Source: a virus
Lineage: Duplodnaviria > Caudoviricetes
IMG/VR virus record: IMGVR_UViG_3300035670_000293
Span: 1-51,959 of that record
Strand: one strand, 5' to 3'
Length of the DNA: 51,959 nucleotides
How positions within the stretch are numbered: the stretch's first letter is position 1; each line of letters opens with the position of its first letter. Under the pieces are notes generated by a model that saw only the letters and a program-made list of their open reading frames with translations, made no database searches and was not told the origin of the DNA. Shown here piece after piece: positions 50,282 through 51,959 of the stretch. A program made the position numbers and the translations under genes.

Positions 50282-50737
50282 TCAAGCCTCCTTATTCGTG
50301 TCGTAAGACCTTGCGCCTTTCGTGGCGCGCATGTTTTCCCAACCGCCAGTTAAAAACGCAACTACATGGTATAGATCGACATCGCCACAACGTATTACCG
50401 TAGATGCCTGACGCATTGATGGGTCTGCGCTTTGCTCCCATTCATCGCCGTCTACCCACCTGTTAAACATGGATACAATCAACGGGTATAGAGTGTCTTT
50501 GTTTGCCACAAAAAACGGGTTATACAGAAATGAAGTTAGCATCTCTATGAACTGACCCGCAGCTTGGTCCGCGCTAACCGGCTTATCATTGTCAACCAAG
50601 TCGTCGTACAGGTGCGTGAACGACCAAAATGTACGCATAAAAGCCAATGCTGCGATATTGCCATTTGCGATGCGTTCAAACCAAAAGAACGCATCTGGAT
50701 TGGCCGCATGTTCATTAGGTGTATTGCAGTATTCCAT
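50282..50737 (-). CDS. hypothetical protein with DDxxD motif (isoprenoid-synthase-like)
   Basis: FTHLYDDLVDNDKPV...NPFF. Confidence 0.6.
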   Translation of the reverse strand: MEYCNTPNEHAANPDAFFWFERIANGNIAALAFMRTFWSFTHLYDDLVDNDKPVSADQAAGQFIEMLTSFLYNPFFVANKDTLYPLIVSMFNRWVDGDEWEQSADPSMRQASTVIRCGDVDLYHVVAFLTGGWENMRATKGARSYDTNKEA

Positions 50738-50738
50738 T

Positions 50739-50822
50739 TCAGCTCCATTCTTTCGTCACAACATGGATTGAGCGCAACGCGCCTATACGCGCTTTCTGGT
50801 CAAAAATCAAGGTGGTCGTCAT
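50739..50822 (-). pseudogene. 27-codon remnant-like ORF
   Basis: MTTTLIFDQKARIGALRSIHVVTKEWS*. Confidence 0.3.
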
Positions 50823-50841
50823 GTGGTGCTTATACCATAGG

Positions 50842-51276
50842 TTAGGGTGCGGGGCTAGGTGGTTCAGGCCACACCACGTCCAGCGGGAAACCAGGTTGAT
50901 CGGTGATGTCACGCAAGGCTTGACGGTAGGTTGCCCAAACCTCCTTGGTAGCCTGTGGCACGTCAGGCAGTTGGGTCCAGTCTGACTCTACTAAACGCAG
51001 ATTTCTTTGTTGGCGAACATCGGCTTCAGCTAAATGGGTATCCTGCTCCCATCTTTTTGACTGATAGTTAAATGAGTGATAATTAGACGGTCTTGGTGGC
51101 GCCTTACGAACAGAGCCTGAGTCTACATAAATCGTGCCCGTTGTGTCCGTATCTTCTGGAATGACGAGTACCGCAGCATCCTCCGTTTCATACATTGGAA
51201 CTACTGACTCTTCGCAATACCCGGTTAGTACAACCCTGCCATTAGATTGGTCGTAAGTTACAAAGTGTTTAATCAT
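50842..51276 (-). CDS. tail fibre assembly chaperone
   Basis: RQQRNLRLVESDWTQLPDVP...WATYRQALRDITDQPGFP..VWP. Confidence 0.88.
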   Translation of the reverse strand: MIKHFVTYDQSNGRVVLTGYCEESVVPMYETEDAAVLVIPEDTDTTGTIYVDSGSVRKAPPRPSNYHSFNYQSKRWEQDTHLAEADVRQQRNLRLVESDWTQLPDVPQATKEVWATYRQALRDITDQPGFPLDVVWPEPPSPAP

Positions 51277-51959
51277 CTTTTTGTAGCCAGTGCGTAAATA
51301 GAAGTTCCGTTGATGTTTCTAGCGTCCGTGCTCCACAAGCGGATCGCATGAGAAACACCAGCCGTGAGGCTTACGGAAAAACCCTTTGTGTATAAAGTTC
51401 CACCCAAAGGAGTTTCACTGCTTAAATGACCGCCGTTAATAGTTACATAAATCCCGGAGTAGAAGGATTGAACTAAAGAGGTAAGTATGAACACAGTGTA
51501 TGTCCCAGACCCAGGTATCAGGAAGTTGAGCGTTATGTCCGCGACAGAGCCGGATACTGCGCTAGGGAACGTCACGGCATTGCCAGCGATGTTGATGGTG
51601 TTGACGGCGTTGATCGCACTCGCAGTCAAGCTTCCAGAAAATGTTCCATCAGCGCCAGATAGCGTACCAGCAAATACGGCATTACCGTTTGCATCCACTG
51701 AGAACGCAGTAGATCCGTTCGGCTTTCCAAACCTAATGGCATTTCCTACGCCGGTTAGCCGGAAGTAACTGCCGTTGACGGTATTGAACTCAAAGCCGCC
51801 CGTCTTATCAATTTTCCAACCGTTGCTGCCTGCCGCAAAATTGTCCGATTGAATTGCGCCGCCGATGTAGGCGTTCGTAATCGCAGCACCCGCGATATAC
51901 GTCGAGATGTTGCTCGTATCTATCTTGGCTGCGCGTCCGACTTTGCCGATGATTACCCA
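51273..51959 (-). CDS. tail fibre / host-specificity protein C-terminus (5' end outside the window)
   Basis: AAITNAYIG..IQSDNF...GWKIDK; NAVNTINIAGNAVT; upstream of the chaperone gene. Confidence 0.75.
   Translation of the reverse strand, partial: WVIIGKVGRAAKIDTSNISTYIAGAAITNAYIGGAIQSDNFAAGSNGWKIDKTGGFEFNTVNGSYFRLTGVGNAIRFGKPNGSTAFSVDANGNAVFAGTLSGADGTFSGSLTASAINAVNTINIAGNAVTFPSAVSGSVADITLNFLIPGSGTYTVFILTSLVQSFYSGIYVTINGGHLSSETPLGGTLYTKGFSVSLTAGVSHAIRLWSTDARNINGTSIYALATKR

Overview
About 52 kb of a temperate tailed phage in non-integrated form: an intact attP with a tRNA-Leu-like 3' core lies next to a tyrosine integrase. The left half is a lambdoid early region. Leftward genes are Ref-like nuclease, NinB, TraR-like Zn finger, an intein-containing DnaB, an O-like initiator carrying iterons, an antirepressor, a resolvase, a CII-like gene, an HNH-Cro fusion and cro. 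These are followed by cI with matching OR/OL operators, an unusual ~610-nt structured non-coding unit plus RNase H cassette, and a rightward PL operon (ERF, YqaJ exonuclease, SSB, MazG-like, HNH genes, AlpA/Xis-like and many small mosaic ORFs). The right half (minus strand) is podovirus-like morphogenesis and DNA-ejection genes ending in a 5251-aa DarB-like polyvalent protein. The most striking signal is a layer of genes hidden inside the giant virion genes. A complete HNH-HTH endonuclease gene with its own promoter is nested antisense inside the 5251-aa ORF without breaking its frame. There are also several same-strand out-of-frame ORFs with their own RBS, and an embedded antisense promoter-hairpin-terminator unit. 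All calls are by eye from motifs; no database searches were run.
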